Below, one piece after another: positions 1 to 9,306 of a stretch of 64,000 nucleotides of DNA. The translations under genes and the position numbers were made by a program. The stretch spans positions 18,736-82,735 of the forward strand of contig DHVE01000066.1 of the NCBI GenBank assembly GCA_002412495.1. Reading direction: 5' to 3'. Position 1 is the stretch's first letter, and the number at the start of each line of letters is the position of its first letter. The notes below the pieces were generated by a model, which did no database searches, was not told where the DNA came from, and saw only the letters and a program-made list of their open reading frames with translations. This stretch comes from Betaproteobacteria bacterium UBA5216. Its GTDB lineage: Bacteria; Pseudomonadota; Gammaproteobacteria; Burkholderiales; SG8-41.

Positions 1-1
1 C

Positions 2-253
2 TTCTCGTTCCACACCGGCCACGGCGGACGCAAGCACGGCGACTGGCTCGGCATGGTGGCTCTGGTCAGCGTCGAGAAAAAAGCTGTCTCTAAGTTACGC
101 ATTCGTTTCGTGCGCCACAACGACGCCAACGAAACCTATTTCTGCGATCCGGCCAACGAAGGCAAGGAACTCGGCGAACTCAATACTCGCGGGGCGAAGC
201 TGGGGACGAAGCTGGTGGCGACGGGGATGGATTTGGAGATCGCGGCGGCGTAA
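2..253 (+). CDS. C-terminal fragment of an unidentified protein (gene begins upstream of the window)
   Basis: The frame is open from the window edge to TAA at 251-253 (..FSFHTGHGGRKHGDW..DLEIAAA*). Third codon positions are G/C-rich like neighbouring genes. No family motif was recognised. Confidence 0.45.
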   Translation, partial: FSFHTGHGGRKHGDWLGMVALVSVEKKAVSKLRIRFVRHNDANETYFCDPANEGKELGELNTRGAKLGTKLVATGMDLEIAAA

Positions 254-1625
254 TCGCATCGGTCATCGTAGCGGGCTTTGATCGTTTGCTTCCCGGCAGC
301 GTGTAGCCGTCGGTCAGGGTGTACAAGAACGCCACGATGTCGTCGATTTCCTCGTTGGTGAGTTGCGGACGCTGGTTCGGGCGGCGCTGATAAGGCGGCG
401 TATCGACATCGACGTTGGCGTGATAACGCGCCGGCAGATCGTTGAATTTTTTGCCGTCGGGAAACCACCGCGCCGGATCGGTGTCTCGCGTCGCGTAAAA
501 CGCGACGGCATCGCGCAGATGATCGAAAAAACCGTTGTGCATGTACGGCGCAGTGATGGTGATATTGCGTAACGTCGGCGTCTTGAACAGGCCGCAGGCC
601 GCGGGGTCCTCCGGCAACGGCGTGACGCCTGCCGGCGGCTTGGCATCAGGCGCAGGCTTGCCCGGTTTCGCCAGCGACACCGGCACGCGCTCGCACAAAC
701 CAAGGTCGATAAACGCCGGATCGGCATTTTTCGGAATACGCGCGCTACGCGGCAACCCCAGCGCACGATAACTGAAGTCGGTAAACAGCGACTTTTGCGG
801 ATCGCGCGACGCGGCATCGACCGTATGGCACTGCGCGCAATTGCCCTTCTGCCGGATGGTAAAAAGACTCAGGCCGCGCTGCTCCTGCTCGGTGAACGCG
901 GCCTGCCCTCGCATGACGTAATCAAATTTCGAGGTAAACGGCTGGAACACGCGCGTGCGTTCAAACGCCGCGATGGACGCCGCCACCGCATCAAGCGCCT
1001 TATCCGGATTTTCAAAAATGGCTTCGCCCCACACTTTTCGAAAGGCGCCGGCGTAGGAGCCCTTCGCGATCTTGGCAATCAGTACCGGTGCATCCGCGTT
1101 ATTCATTTCCACCGGATTAAAAAACGGCTGCGTGGCCTGCTCTTCCAGCGTGTCGGCACGGCCGTCCCAGAAATGACCGCCCACCGGCAGGCGCTTGCCG
1201 TCTTTTTCGACGAGGCCATTCCTGTTAAAACGCGGCGTGGTGGCCAGATACATCAGCGTGGGCGCATCGCGCGTACCGAACTGATCGGAGCGGCTGCCCA
1301 GCGCCACGCCGATCAGGGTGTTGTTGTTGCCGGTAAACGCGCGCCGGGGATCGTGGCACGACGCGCACGCGAGACCGGCGGGTTCCGACAGATTGGCGTC
1401 AAAAAACAATCGCAGCCCGAGTTGCTCGCGCGGCGTGAGGGCCGTCTGATCAATGGCATCGGCCAGCGAGTTGATAAACCGGTCGTGCGGTATGTCCTGC
1501 GCCCGTGGCGGCGGCGCGGGCATAAATGAAACCATGCCCGCCAGAACAGCGACCGCCAGCACGAGTTTGGCAAGCGGCCGCCCGGATTGAAGTAGAGAGT
1601 GATATCGTGAAGTATTAGTAAACAA
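180..1625 (-). CDS. di-haem cytochrome c peroxidase family protein (CCP/MauG-like), probably periplasmic
   Basis: It has two CxxCH haem motifs (CASCH and CAQCH) and an N-terminal hydrophobic signal-like segment. The ORF's first codon is TTG, so the start is uncertain. The Pro/Ser-rich last ~25 codons overlap the convergent ORF 2-253. Confidence 0.85.
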   Translation of the reverse strand: MFTNTSRYHSLLQSGRPLAKLVLAVAVLAGMVSFMPAPPPRAQDIPHDRFINSLADAIDQTALTPREQLGLRLFFDANLSEPAGLACASCHDPRRAFTGNNNTLIGVALGSRSDQFGTRDAPTLMYLATTPRFNRNGLVEKDGKRLPVGGHFWDGRADTLEEQATQPFFNPVEMNNADAPVLIAKIAKGSYAGAFRKVWGEAIFENPDKALDAVAASIAAFERTRVFQPFTSKFDYVMRGQAAFTEQEQRGLSLFTIRQKGNCAQCHTVDAASRDPQKSLFTDFSYRALGLPRSARIPKNADPAFIDLGLCERVPVSLAKPGKPAPDAKPPAGVTPLPEDPAACGLFKTPTLRNITITAPYMHNGFFDHLRDAVAFYATRDTDPARWFPDGKKFNDLPARYHANVDVDTPPYQRRPNQRPQLTNEEIDDIVAFLYTLTDGYTLPGSKRSKPATMTDAITPPRSPNPSPSPPASSPASPREY

Positions 1626-1724
1626 TTCAGGCTCGGCGCAAATTATGTCCGGCAGTCAGCTTGGCATTTACCGATGCAATTATCCAGCGAGGCTCGTGGG
1701 ACCATCGTTACTAACGTTGCGCCA

Positions 1725-2714
1725 TCACTTCGCCAGCCCCATCTCGATAAACAACGCCTTCACATCGGCGTACTCCGCCTGCCAGTGCTTAAGCGTGTCG
1801 GCGCTATTCTTGTAGACGTTCGCCGCTAGGTTGCGCTCGACGTCCTTGATCCACTCGGAATCCTTGACGGTGCGCGCGATGGTGGCATCCCAAAACGCGG
1901 TTTGCGCTAGCGTGAATCCGGGCGGCCCCGCGAGACCGCGCCACAAATCCTGCGCACTATCCACGCCGAGTTCCTTCCATGTCGGCACACTGGCGAGCTC
2001 ACCCTCCCAGCGCTTGGGCGCACCGATGGCGAGTACGCGCAGCTTGCCAGCGCGCACATGCGGCAGCACCGTGGACACGGACCCCGCCGCCGCATCGACG
2101 TGCCCGCCCATGGCCGCGGTCATGCCTTCCGATCCCGAGTTAAACGCCACCGAGCGCAGCCGTTTCACATCGACGCCCGCGGCCTTCATTGCATGCGCGT
2201 ACGACGAATGCGTGGCATTGCCCACCACCGTGCCGATGGCCACCGAGTACGCAGTCGGATCCTTGCGCATGCCCGCGACGAACTCGCGTGCATCCTTGAT
2301 CGGCGAATCGGTACGCACCACCAGCGTCACATACTCCACGGCAAAAATCGCGATGGGCGAAAAGTCCGTGAAGTGCTGTTTGCTGCGGCCCGCCACGTGG
2401 TTACTGATCAGCGGCTGCGCGACGATTTGAATGTAATGCGCATCGCCCTTGTGATTCGCCATGAATGCCAGCGCCACCGCACCGCCGCCACCGGGCCGGT
2501 TCGACACCGACGATGGCTGATCGAACAGCTTTCGCTCCTGAAAAATCCGCTGGATCAAGCGCCCCTGGCGATCCTGCGGGCCGCCGGGCGTGGTGCCGAT
2601 GATAATGTCCACCGGCTTTTCGGGCTTCCACGTCTGCGCATGGCCCGCGGCCGATGCGAACAGGCACACCAGCGCCATGCAAAAAAATCCCGGTTTTAGT
2701 AACGAACGAGCCAT
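1725..2714 (-). CDS. Bug family (TctC-like) tripartite tricarboxylate transporter substrate-binding protein
   Basis: ATG start, signal peptide (..LFASAAGHAQ), an NRPGGGGA motif, and a size of ~325 aa typical of Bug proteins. Confidence 0.85.
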   Translation of the reverse strand: MARSLLKPGFFCMALVCLFASAAGHAQTWKPEKPVDIIIGTTPGGPQDRQGRLIQRIFQERKLFDQPSSVSNRPGGGGAVALAFMANHKGDAHYIQIVAQPLISNHVAGRSKQHFTDFSPIAIFAVEYVTLVVRTDSPIKDAREFVAGMRKDPTAYSVAIGTVVGNATHSSYAHAMKAAGVDVKRLRSVAFNSGSEGMTAAMGGHVDAAAGSVSTVLPHVRAGKLRVLAIGAPKRWEGELASVPTWKELGVDSAQDLWRGLAGPPGFTLAQTAFWDATIARTVKDSEWIKDVERNLAANVYKNSADTLKHWQAEYADVKALFIEMGLAK

Positions 2715-2899
2715 GGGGATACCTTTAAGGAAATCGGATGAACAGGACCACAGGGATTTGGAATTTATGTGGGCGCCTTCGCAGTGTCAAGCAAGCCCGC
2801 TATACTTCGACATCCCATCCGCTGTATCCAACCGCTGTAAACCACTTTGCAGGATTTCGAACCAACCGATTCATCCCTATCAACTCAGGAGAGACCATC

Positions 2900-3778
2900 A
2901 TGTCCGACACCACCATCAACGGCCTTAATAATTTGACGCCGCAATCCCCCTCGCTGGGCGAAGTGGTCAAACAGTTGCTCCCGCAAGGCTGGGCAAAACT
3001 CGTGCAACCGATTGCCGCGTCGACCATCACCACCGACACGACAGGTCTAGTGGCAGGCGAAGTGCATCTCAATACCATGACCGGCGTGGTGCCAGCCTAT
3101 CGCGCACACCCGAGCAAGGACGGAAAATTTCCGGTGGTGCTGGTGGTTCAGGAAATTTTCGGCCTGCATGAGCACATCAAGGATGTGTGCCGGCGTCTGG
3201 CGAAGCAGGGTTATTTCGCCATTGCGGTCGATCACTACCATCGCCATGGCGATGTCACCCAATTCACCGACAATCAGGAAATTTTCGCCAAGGTGGTGAA
3301 CCATGTGCCTGACAGCGTAGTGATGTCCGACCTCGACACCGCCGTGGTTCACGCGGGCGCCTCTGGCCGCGGCGACACCTCCAAACTGGCGGTAACAGGA
3401 TTCTGCTGGGGCGGACGCATCACATGGACGTATTGCGTGCACAACCCGAAAGTCAACGCAGGCGTGGCATGGTATGGCCGCCTCGTCGCGCCCGGCAAGG
3501 CACCGTTGCAACCGGCGTACCCGGTCGAATTCGCCGCCATTCTGAAAGTACCGGTACTCGGCTTGTATGGCGCCGAGGACGCCGGTATTCCAGTAGCCCA
3601 TGTCGAACAAATGCGCGGGGCGTTAAAGGCTGCGGGCAACACGGTGAGCAACATTGTGCTCTACGACGGCGCGCCGCACGCGTTTTACGCCGACTATCGC
3701 CCAAGCTATCGCAAGGAAGCCGCAGATGATGGCTTCAAGCGCATGCTGGCGTGGTTTAAACAGCACGGCGTGGCGTAA
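2900..3778 (+). CDS. dienelactone hydrolase family protein
   Basis: The nucleophile motif GFCWGG and a C-terminal GAPHAF histidine context are present. The start was moved to ATG 2900, which is preceded by GGAGAG. The longer ORF from 2738 has no coding-like N-terminus. Confidence 0.8.
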   Translation: MSDTTINGLNNLTPQSPSLGEVVKQLLPQGWAKLVQPIAASTITTDTTGLVAGEVHLNTMTGVVPAYRAHPSKDGKFPVVLVVQEIFGLHEHIKDVCRRLAKQGYFAIAVDHYHRHGDVTQFTDNQEIFAKVVNHVPDSVVMSDLDTAVVHAGASGRGDTSKLAVTGFCWGGRITWTYCVHNPKVNAGVAWYGRLVAPGKAPLQPAYPVEFAAILKVPVLGLYGAEDAGIPVAHVEQMRGALKAAGNTVSNIVLYDGAPHAFYADYRPSYRKEAADDGFKRMLAWFKQHGVA

Positions 3779-3820
3779 CTTCGCCAAGTTCGAGGAACGA
3801 TCAGGGCGTCGCCGCGAATC

Positions 3821-4813
3821 TTGCGCATCACTCGCCGCTTCGTTGTATTGGCTGTAACGATTGCCGCGGCTTCTGGCTCCGGCACTGTATGTGCGCAGCC
3901 CATACCGTATCCCGTCAAACCCATCCGCGTGATCGTGATTTTTCCCGCCGGCAGCGGCGTGGATATTGTTGCGCGCATCGTGGGGCAGAAAATGGGCGAA
4001 AGCCTAGGCCAGCAATTCACCATCGATAATCGCGGTGGCGCGGGCGGCATCATCGCGGCGGACGCCACCGCGAAAAGCGCACCCGATGGCTACACGCTGG
4101 TGATGGTGTCCGCCGCACACACCATCAATGCCAGCCTATATGCGAAGCTGCCGTACGACCCGGTGCGCGATTTCGCGGCCATCTCGCTGCTCGCCTCGAC
4201 ACCCTACCTGCTGGTGGTGCATCCCTCCCTGCCAGTGAAAACCGTCGCGGATTTCGTTGCACTGGCGAAGGCGCGTCCCGGCCAGTTGAGCTACGGCACC
4301 GGCGGCGTCGGCGTGGGTTCGCACCTTGCCGGCGAGTTGTTCAAGTACATGGCAAAAATCGATATTGTTGATGTGCCGTATCGCGGCGGACCGCTGGCGA
4401 CCACCGAAACCGTGGCGGGTCAGGTACAGTTCACCTTCAGTAACGTCCCCACCGGCCTGCCTCTGGTAAAAACAGGCCGGCTCAAAGCGCTTGCGGTCAC
4501 CAGCGCGCAACGGTTCTCGACCGTGCGCGACCTGCCCACGGTTGCCGAATCCGGATTGCCCGGTTATGAGGTGGTCACCTGGCAAGGGTTGCTGGCGCCC
4601 GCCAAAACGCCGGCAGCCATCATCGCGCGTCTCCACGGCGAAGCGCTGAAGGCAATGGCCAATCCGGATGTGCGAGAGCGCCTCACCGGGCAAGGACTTG
4701 AAATTGTCGGCAACACGCCCGAGGAATTTTCGAAACTGCTGATCGACGAAACCGCGCGCTGGCGGCGTGTGGTTCAGGCGGCGAAAATCAAGCCGCAGAA
4801 TTTTCCGCAGTAA
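3821..4813 (+). CDS. Bug family (TctC-like) substrate-binding protein
   Basis: Signal peptide ending ..GTVCAQP, plus the motifs DNRGGAGG, APDGYT and VPYRGGP. The first codon is TTG, so the start is provisional. Confidence 0.85.
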   Translation: MRITRRFVVLAVTIAAASGSGTVCAQPIPYPVKPIRVIVIFPAGSGVDIVARIVGQKMGESLGQQFTIDNRGGAGGIIAADATAKSAPDGYTLVMVSAAHTINASLYAKLPYDPVRDFAAISLLASTPYLLVVHPSLPVKTVADFVALAKARPGQLSYGTGGVGVGSHLAGELFKYMAKIDIVDVPYRGGPLATTETVAGQVQFTFSNVPTGLPLVKTGRLKALAVTSAQRFSTVRDLPTVAESGLPGYEVVTWQGLLAPAKTPAAIIARLHGEALKAMANPDVRERLTGQGLEIVGNTPEEFSKLLIDETARWRRVVQAAKIKPQNFPQ

Positions 4814-4830
4814 TGCCGGGCAGCGACGGA

Positions 4831-5967
4831 TTATTCGCCGCGCGCCTTGAGATTCAATAACTCGCCGATTTTCTCCGACGCCTTCAGGCCTGTTCCGGTT
4901 AGCACGAGCACGGTGCGTTCGCCCGGTTTTATCGCGCCGCTCGCCAGCAACTGCGTCAGTCCCGCCCCCGCCGCGGCGGAGGTCGGCTCCACATAAAGCC
5001 CCTTGCGCGCAAGCGCGCCGAGCGCGGCGACGATTTCTGCCTCGGTAACCGCAACGATGCGGCCGCCGGAATCACGCACCGCACGCAGCGCCTCCACCAC
5101 GCGCGTCGGCTTGGATGATGCGATGCCTTCGGCGATGGTGGGTGTAACGTCGGTCGGCACCAGGTGTTCGACGCCTGCTTTGAACGCGTTGTAATACGGC
5201 GCGCAATTGGCCGCCTGCACGCCAAAGATGCGCGGCATTTTAGTGATCTCGCCGTTGCGCAGGAGTTCGCCGAATCCGATGGCGCAGCCCGATACGTTGC
5301 TGCCATAACCCAGCGGCACGATCACGTTGTCGGGCGCGCTGAATCCCAATTGCTCCCACAGTTCATACGCGAGCGTCTTGGTGCCCTCGGCAAAAAACGG
5401 CTGCCAGTTGTGGCTGGCGTAAAAAATTTCCTTACTCATGCGCATCGCAGTGTCGGCCACGTCCTGCCGCGTGCCGCGTATCGTCACCACGTCGGCGCCG
5501 CAGGCCGCGATCTGCGCGATCTTCGGATACGACGCCGTTTCCGGCACGAGGATACGACAGCGCATGCCCGCGGCCGCGGCGTACGCCGACAGCGACGCAC
5601 CCGCATTGCCCGATGAATCTTCCAGCACTTCGGTGAGGCCGCGGCTTTTGAGATAACTCACCATTACCGTCATGCCGCGGTCTTTGAACGAGCCAGTGGG
5701 CATCATGAATTCGAGCTTGAACATCATCGGCGTGCCATTCCAATCACCGCACGTCAACGGTGTCCAGCCTTCACCCATGGTGACCGCGTGTTGGTCGTCA
5801 ACGCCGATAGCTTTCGCGTAACGCCACACCGAGCGGCGCGTGGTATCGATGTCGCCGCGCTTTAATCCCGCACCGGGCGTGAGATTGAGATAACCGCCGC
5901 TGTCGGAACACCAGCGGGCGGTGTCGGTGGCGTAGGTTTTACCGGATACAGGGTCTATGTAATTCAT
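4831..5967 (-). CDS. threonine synthase-like PLP-dependent enzyme (Trp-synthase beta superfamily)
   Basis: It carries the PLP-lysine motif PTGSFKDRG and a glycine-rich segment SSGNAGAS. The start was set to ATG 5967 (MNYIDP..), because the ORF's first codon at 5979 is TTG. Confidence 0.75.
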   Translation of the reverse strand: MNYIDPVSGKTYATDTARWCSDSGGYLNLTPGAGLKRGDIDTTRRSVWRYAKAIGVDDQHAVTMGEGWTPLTCGDWNGTPMMFKLEFMMPTGSFKDRGMTVMVSYLKSRGLTEVLEDSSGNAGASLSAYAAAAGMRCRILVPETASYPKIAQIAACGADVVTIRGTRQDVADTAMRMSKEIFYASHNWQPFFAEGTKTLAYELWEQLGFSAPDNVIVPLGYGSNVSGCAIGFGELLRNGEITKMPRIFGVQAANCAPYYNAFKAGVEHLVPTDVTPTIAEGIASSKPTRVVEALRAVRDSGGRIVAVTEAEIVAALGALARKGLYVEPTSAAAGAGLTQLLASGAIKPGERTVLVLTGTGLKASEKIGELLNLKARGE

Positions 5968-6076
5968 GCTTAAAAACAATAAGTTACATTAACATGGCCA
6001 AGCGGGATTTACAGGGCAAACATCGAGCGGTTTATCCCGTAAATTCGGTTCATCCATGTTCATAGGGGTTTAGCCG

Positions 6077-7276
6077 TTAGCGCAAAAACGCCCGGCTCAA
6101 TTCCAGCACGCGATTCACATCATCCAGGTTGTTATACGCGTGCAGCGAAAAACGCAGCAACCCGCGCCGTATCGACAGCTTTACCTGATTGTCGCAGAGG
6201 TGCTGATACAGCCCGTTGAAGCGTTCGTCGTCGGAACCGTAATGATTGGTGCTCATGTTGCCGATGGTCACGATGCCCGCCAGATGCGGCCCCGGCTTGC
6301 CGCCAGCCACCGGAACGCCTATGTCCACGTAACCTTGCGCCAGCGCGTGCACAAGTCCTGTGACGTGTTTTTCAATGCGTTGCGTGCCGATATTGAGCAA
6401 TTGCTGCATCGACGCGTTCACCGCCGCTGCCGCGGCAAAGTTGTAGTTGCCCAGATCGAAGCGCCGCGCACCCGCCGCCAGCTTGAATGACATATCACCC
6501 AGCGCGGCTTCGTGCGCATCGCCCAGATCGACACCAAAACGCGCGAGATACGCCGGCTGCATCTTGTCGGCCCACTCGCGCCGCACATACAGAAACCCCA
6601 TGCCGTAAAGGCCCAACAAACCTTTTTGTGTGGATACCGTCAGCGCATCGATATTCGACCGTTGCACATCCGTGTGCACCTTGCCCGCCGACTGCGCGGC
6701 ATCCACCAACAACAGCACGCCCCGCTCGCGGCACGCGCGGCCCAGGGTATCGATGTCGGTGCGAAAACCCGGCGCAAACGTTACCGTGGAAACCGTGGCG
6801 CAACGCGTGCGCGCATCCATGCGCGCGATAATGGTATCGACCGGGATGTGATTGTCGCGCGGCTTCACCATGCGCACTTCCACGCCCAGGCGTTGCAGGT
6901 TCAGCCACGCATACACGTTGTTGGGGTGCTCCAACTCCGGGCACAGCACTACGTTGTCGCCGGCTTTCCAGGGGATGCCGGTCGCCACCATGTTGAGCCC
7001 CTCGGAGATATTCTTGGTGTAAGTGACTTCCTCGGGCAATGCGTTGATGAGTTGCGCAAAACGGCCACGCGCCTCTTCGATCAGCGCAAAAAATCGATCC
7101 TTGTCGCCGCCATTCATCATGCGGTCATCGATTTGCGCGTCCAGTGCCGCGCGCGTGGTCTTGGACAACACGCCACGCGCCGCCACGTCCATGTAGGTCC
7201 ACTTTTTCAGCGCGGGAAAGTCATCGCGGAATGCGGCAACGACATCGAATTCGGTGTTGGGTTTATTCATGGTCAT
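6077..7276 (-). CDS. aminotransferase class V-fold PLP-dependent enzyme
   Basis: About 400 aa with a class-V layout (..LLVDAAQSAG.. and the lysine context TVSTQKGLLG). The ATG is preceded by AAGGAG. Confidence 0.75.
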   Translation of the reverse strand: MTMNKPNTEFDVVAAFRDDFPALKKWTYMDVAARGVLSKTTRAALDAQIDDRMMNGGDKDRFFALIEEARGRFAQLINALPEEVTYTKNISEGLNMVATGIPWKAGDNVVLCPELEHPNNVYAWLNLQRLGVEVRMVKPRDNHIPVDTIIARMDARTRCATVSTVTFAPGFRTDIDTLGRACRERGVLLLVDAAQSAGKVHTDVQRSNIDALTVSTQKGLLGLYGMGFLYVRREWADKMQPAYLARFGVDLGDAHEAALGDMSFKLAAGARRFDLGNYNFAAAAAVNASMQQLLNIGTQRIEKHVTGLVHALAQGYVDIGVPVAGGKPGPHLAGIVTIGNMSTNHYGSDDERFNGLYQHLCDNQVKLSIRRGLLRFSLHAYNNLDDVNRVLELSRAFLR

Positions 7277-7325
7277 GCTCCTTGATCACTTACGCTGTCT
7301 ATTCCGTGAAAAATTTATGTGGATT

Positions 7326-7396
7326 GCGGCGGCTTACCGCCGCTGTGTTTTTTCGCTGCATGCCGCGAGGCGTAGAAAGCGGCGGCAAGCCGCCGC
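7326..7396. terminator. pair of GC hairpins (gcggcggcttaccgccgc and gcggcggcaagccgccgc) between hyuB-like and aminotransferase genes
   Basis: There are two 7-bp-stem hairpins ~35 nt apart. The two hairpins are also reverse complements of each other. The first is followed by a T-run on the plus strand, and the second by TTTCT on the minus strand. Confidence 0.4.
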
Positions 7397-7439
7397 ACTC
7401 CATATGCACCTCGAGCTTCCGAAACTTTCTCGTGGCCTA

Positions 7440-9110
7440 TCACGATCCTTCCAAATAAACTCTCGACGAATAATCTGGCGAGATACGCCCTTCAACCACA
7501 TCCTTCTGCACGGCGTTGATAGTGCGCTGCTTCGCCTCCCCATACCCCGCACCCGCCGGCGTGCAAATACGCAGCACGCTACCGCGCGGCAAAGGTATGT
7601 CCGCCGCGGCCGACGGCAATACTTGCTCGCCCGGTGTATCCGGATTCAACACAAACGCGCCGCACGCGCCCGAGCCACCGCCCGCCATGCCAGGGGACGC
7701 CACATGCTGCCGCTCGGACGACAGGCTCACCACGATGTCGTCGGCCAAAACACGATAGTCGCGCACCACGCCCGCGCCGCCGCGATATTGGCCGGGGCCG
7801 GAGGATTCATCCCACAGCGCGTAACGCTCCACGCGAAATGGATACGCATGCTCCAGCGCCTCGCTCGGCAGATTCGATGAGCCCGACGCATGTACGCGCA
7901 CACCGTCCACGCCATCGCGATTGGCGCGCGCGCCCATGCCGCCCGCCACGGTTTCGTAATCGACAAAATACACACCGGTGCGCGGATCGGTGCCCGACAG
8001 CACAAATAAGTGATGCGGCCCGCTGCCCGCCAGCGCCTTGTCGGGCATCGCCTGTGACAACGCGTTGGCGATCACATCACCCAGCACGCTGGCTGAAATG
8101 GAACGGCAACCGATGGCCGCCGGCGGCACCGGCCCGACTACGCAACCCGGCGGCGCCTTGATGTGCAGCGTGCGGTAGTAACCCGCGTTGGCGGGCACTT
8201 CCGGGTCGAGCATCGCCTTGGCCACCGTATACACCGTGGCGAGCAACGCGCGATACGGAATATTGCGCGCGCTTTCCAGTTGCTTGCCGGAGCCGGTGAA
8301 ATCAAAATCCATGCGCCCCTTGCCGATGGTCAGCGCCAGCTTGATGGCGCAGGTTTCGCCGTCAACATTGCCGTCAAGAAAATCTTCCGCCACGTAGCGC
8401 CCGCGCGGCAGCCGGTTAATCGCGGCGCGAAACCGCTTCTCGGTAAAATCGAGATAGCCCGCAATCGCCGCCTGCGTTTCCTTCAATCCGTAACGGTCAA
8501 ACAATTGCAGCACGCTGCGCGCGCCCACGGTATTGGCGGCGAACTGTGCATTGAGATCGCCCACGCGTTCATCCGGCGTGCGCGAGTTCAGCAGAATAAT
8601 ATCGACCACATCGCGGTTCACCACGCCCGCGCGCATCACGCGCACCGGCGGGATGCGAATGCCTTCCTGATAAATCGATTTGCAAACCGCAGCTTCCGAG
8701 CCGGGCACCATGCCGCCCACGTCGGCGTGGTGCGCGATGTTGGCGACGAAAGCGACGATTTTTTTGCCGCTGAATACCGGCGCAATGACGTTGATGTCGG
8801 GCAGATGCGTGCCGCCGCCGTTGTACGGATCGTTGGCGACGAACATGTCACCGGGCAGGATTTCGCTGACTGGGAAGCGTTTCAATATTTCTGCTACCGC
8901 GCCCACCATCGAGCCCAGGTGGATCGGCACGCGCTGCGCCAGCGCGATCACTTCACCCGCCGTGTCGAATATCGCGGTGGAACAATCCGCGCGCTCCTTG
9001 ATATTGGGTGAGAAGGCGGTTCGCATCAGCGTCGCGCCCATTTCCTCGGCGGTGGCGAGCAGAAAGCGCGCGATGACTTCGGATTTGATTGGATCGATTT
9101 TGGGTTTCAT
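7440..9110 (-). CDS. hydantoinase B/oxoprolinase family protein (HyuB-like subunit)
   Basis: The motif NDPYNGGGTHLPD is typical of HyuB/OplB-type subunits. The start was set to ATG 9110 (MKPKIDP..), preceded by AAGAAGG. The ORF's first codon at 9116 is TTG. Confidence 0.85.
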   Translation of the reverse strand: MKPKIDPIKSEVIARFLLATAEEMGATLMRTAFSPNIKERADCSTAIFDTAGEVIALAQRVPIHLGSMVGAVAEILKRFPVSEILPGDMFVANDPYNGGGTHLPDINVIAPVFSGKKIVAFVANIAHHADVGGMVPGSEAAVCKSIYQEGIRIPPVRVMRAGVVNRDVVDIILLNSRTPDERVGDLNAQFAANTVGARSVLQLFDRYGLKETQAAIAGYLDFTEKRFRAAINRLPRGRYVAEDFLDGNVDGETCAIKLALTIGKGRMDFDFTGSGKQLESARNIPYRALLATVYTVAKAMLDPEVPANAGYYRTLHIKAPPGCVVGPVPPAAIGCRSISASVLGDVIANALSQAMPDKALAGSGPHHLFVLSGTDPRTGVYFVDYETVAGGMGARANRDGVDGVRVHASGSSNLPSEALEHAYPFRVERYALWDESSGPGQYRGGAGVVRDYRVLADDIVVSLSSERQHVASPGMAGGGSGACGAFVLNPDTPGEQVLPSAAADIPLPRGSVLRICTPAGAGYGEAKQRTINAVQKDVVEGRISPDYSSRVYLEGS

Positions 9111-9134
9111 GACCAACCTTCTTAAAGGCTTTTT

Positions 9135-9262
9135 GCCACAGATTTACACAGATGAACACAGATTAAAATCCGTCACTGTCGTTCCCGCGCAGGCGGGAAC
9201 CCATAACGCTGTCTCCGTTGCGAATGCATTATGGATTCCCGCCTTCGCGGGAATGACGGAGT
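9135..9262. repeat. REP/BIME-like composite element, copy A
   Basis: The left arm gccacagatttacacagatgaacacagattaaaatc is followed by two inverted REP hairpins (gttcccgcGCAGgcgggaac and attcccgcCTTCgcgggaat). It belongs to the same family as 15213-15256, 27031-27144 and 31528-31716. Confidence 0.85.
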
Positions 9263-9306
9263 AGGGTTTTTCTCGCTTGGCTGTCTGCTCATTTTTCAGG
9301 CTCGAT

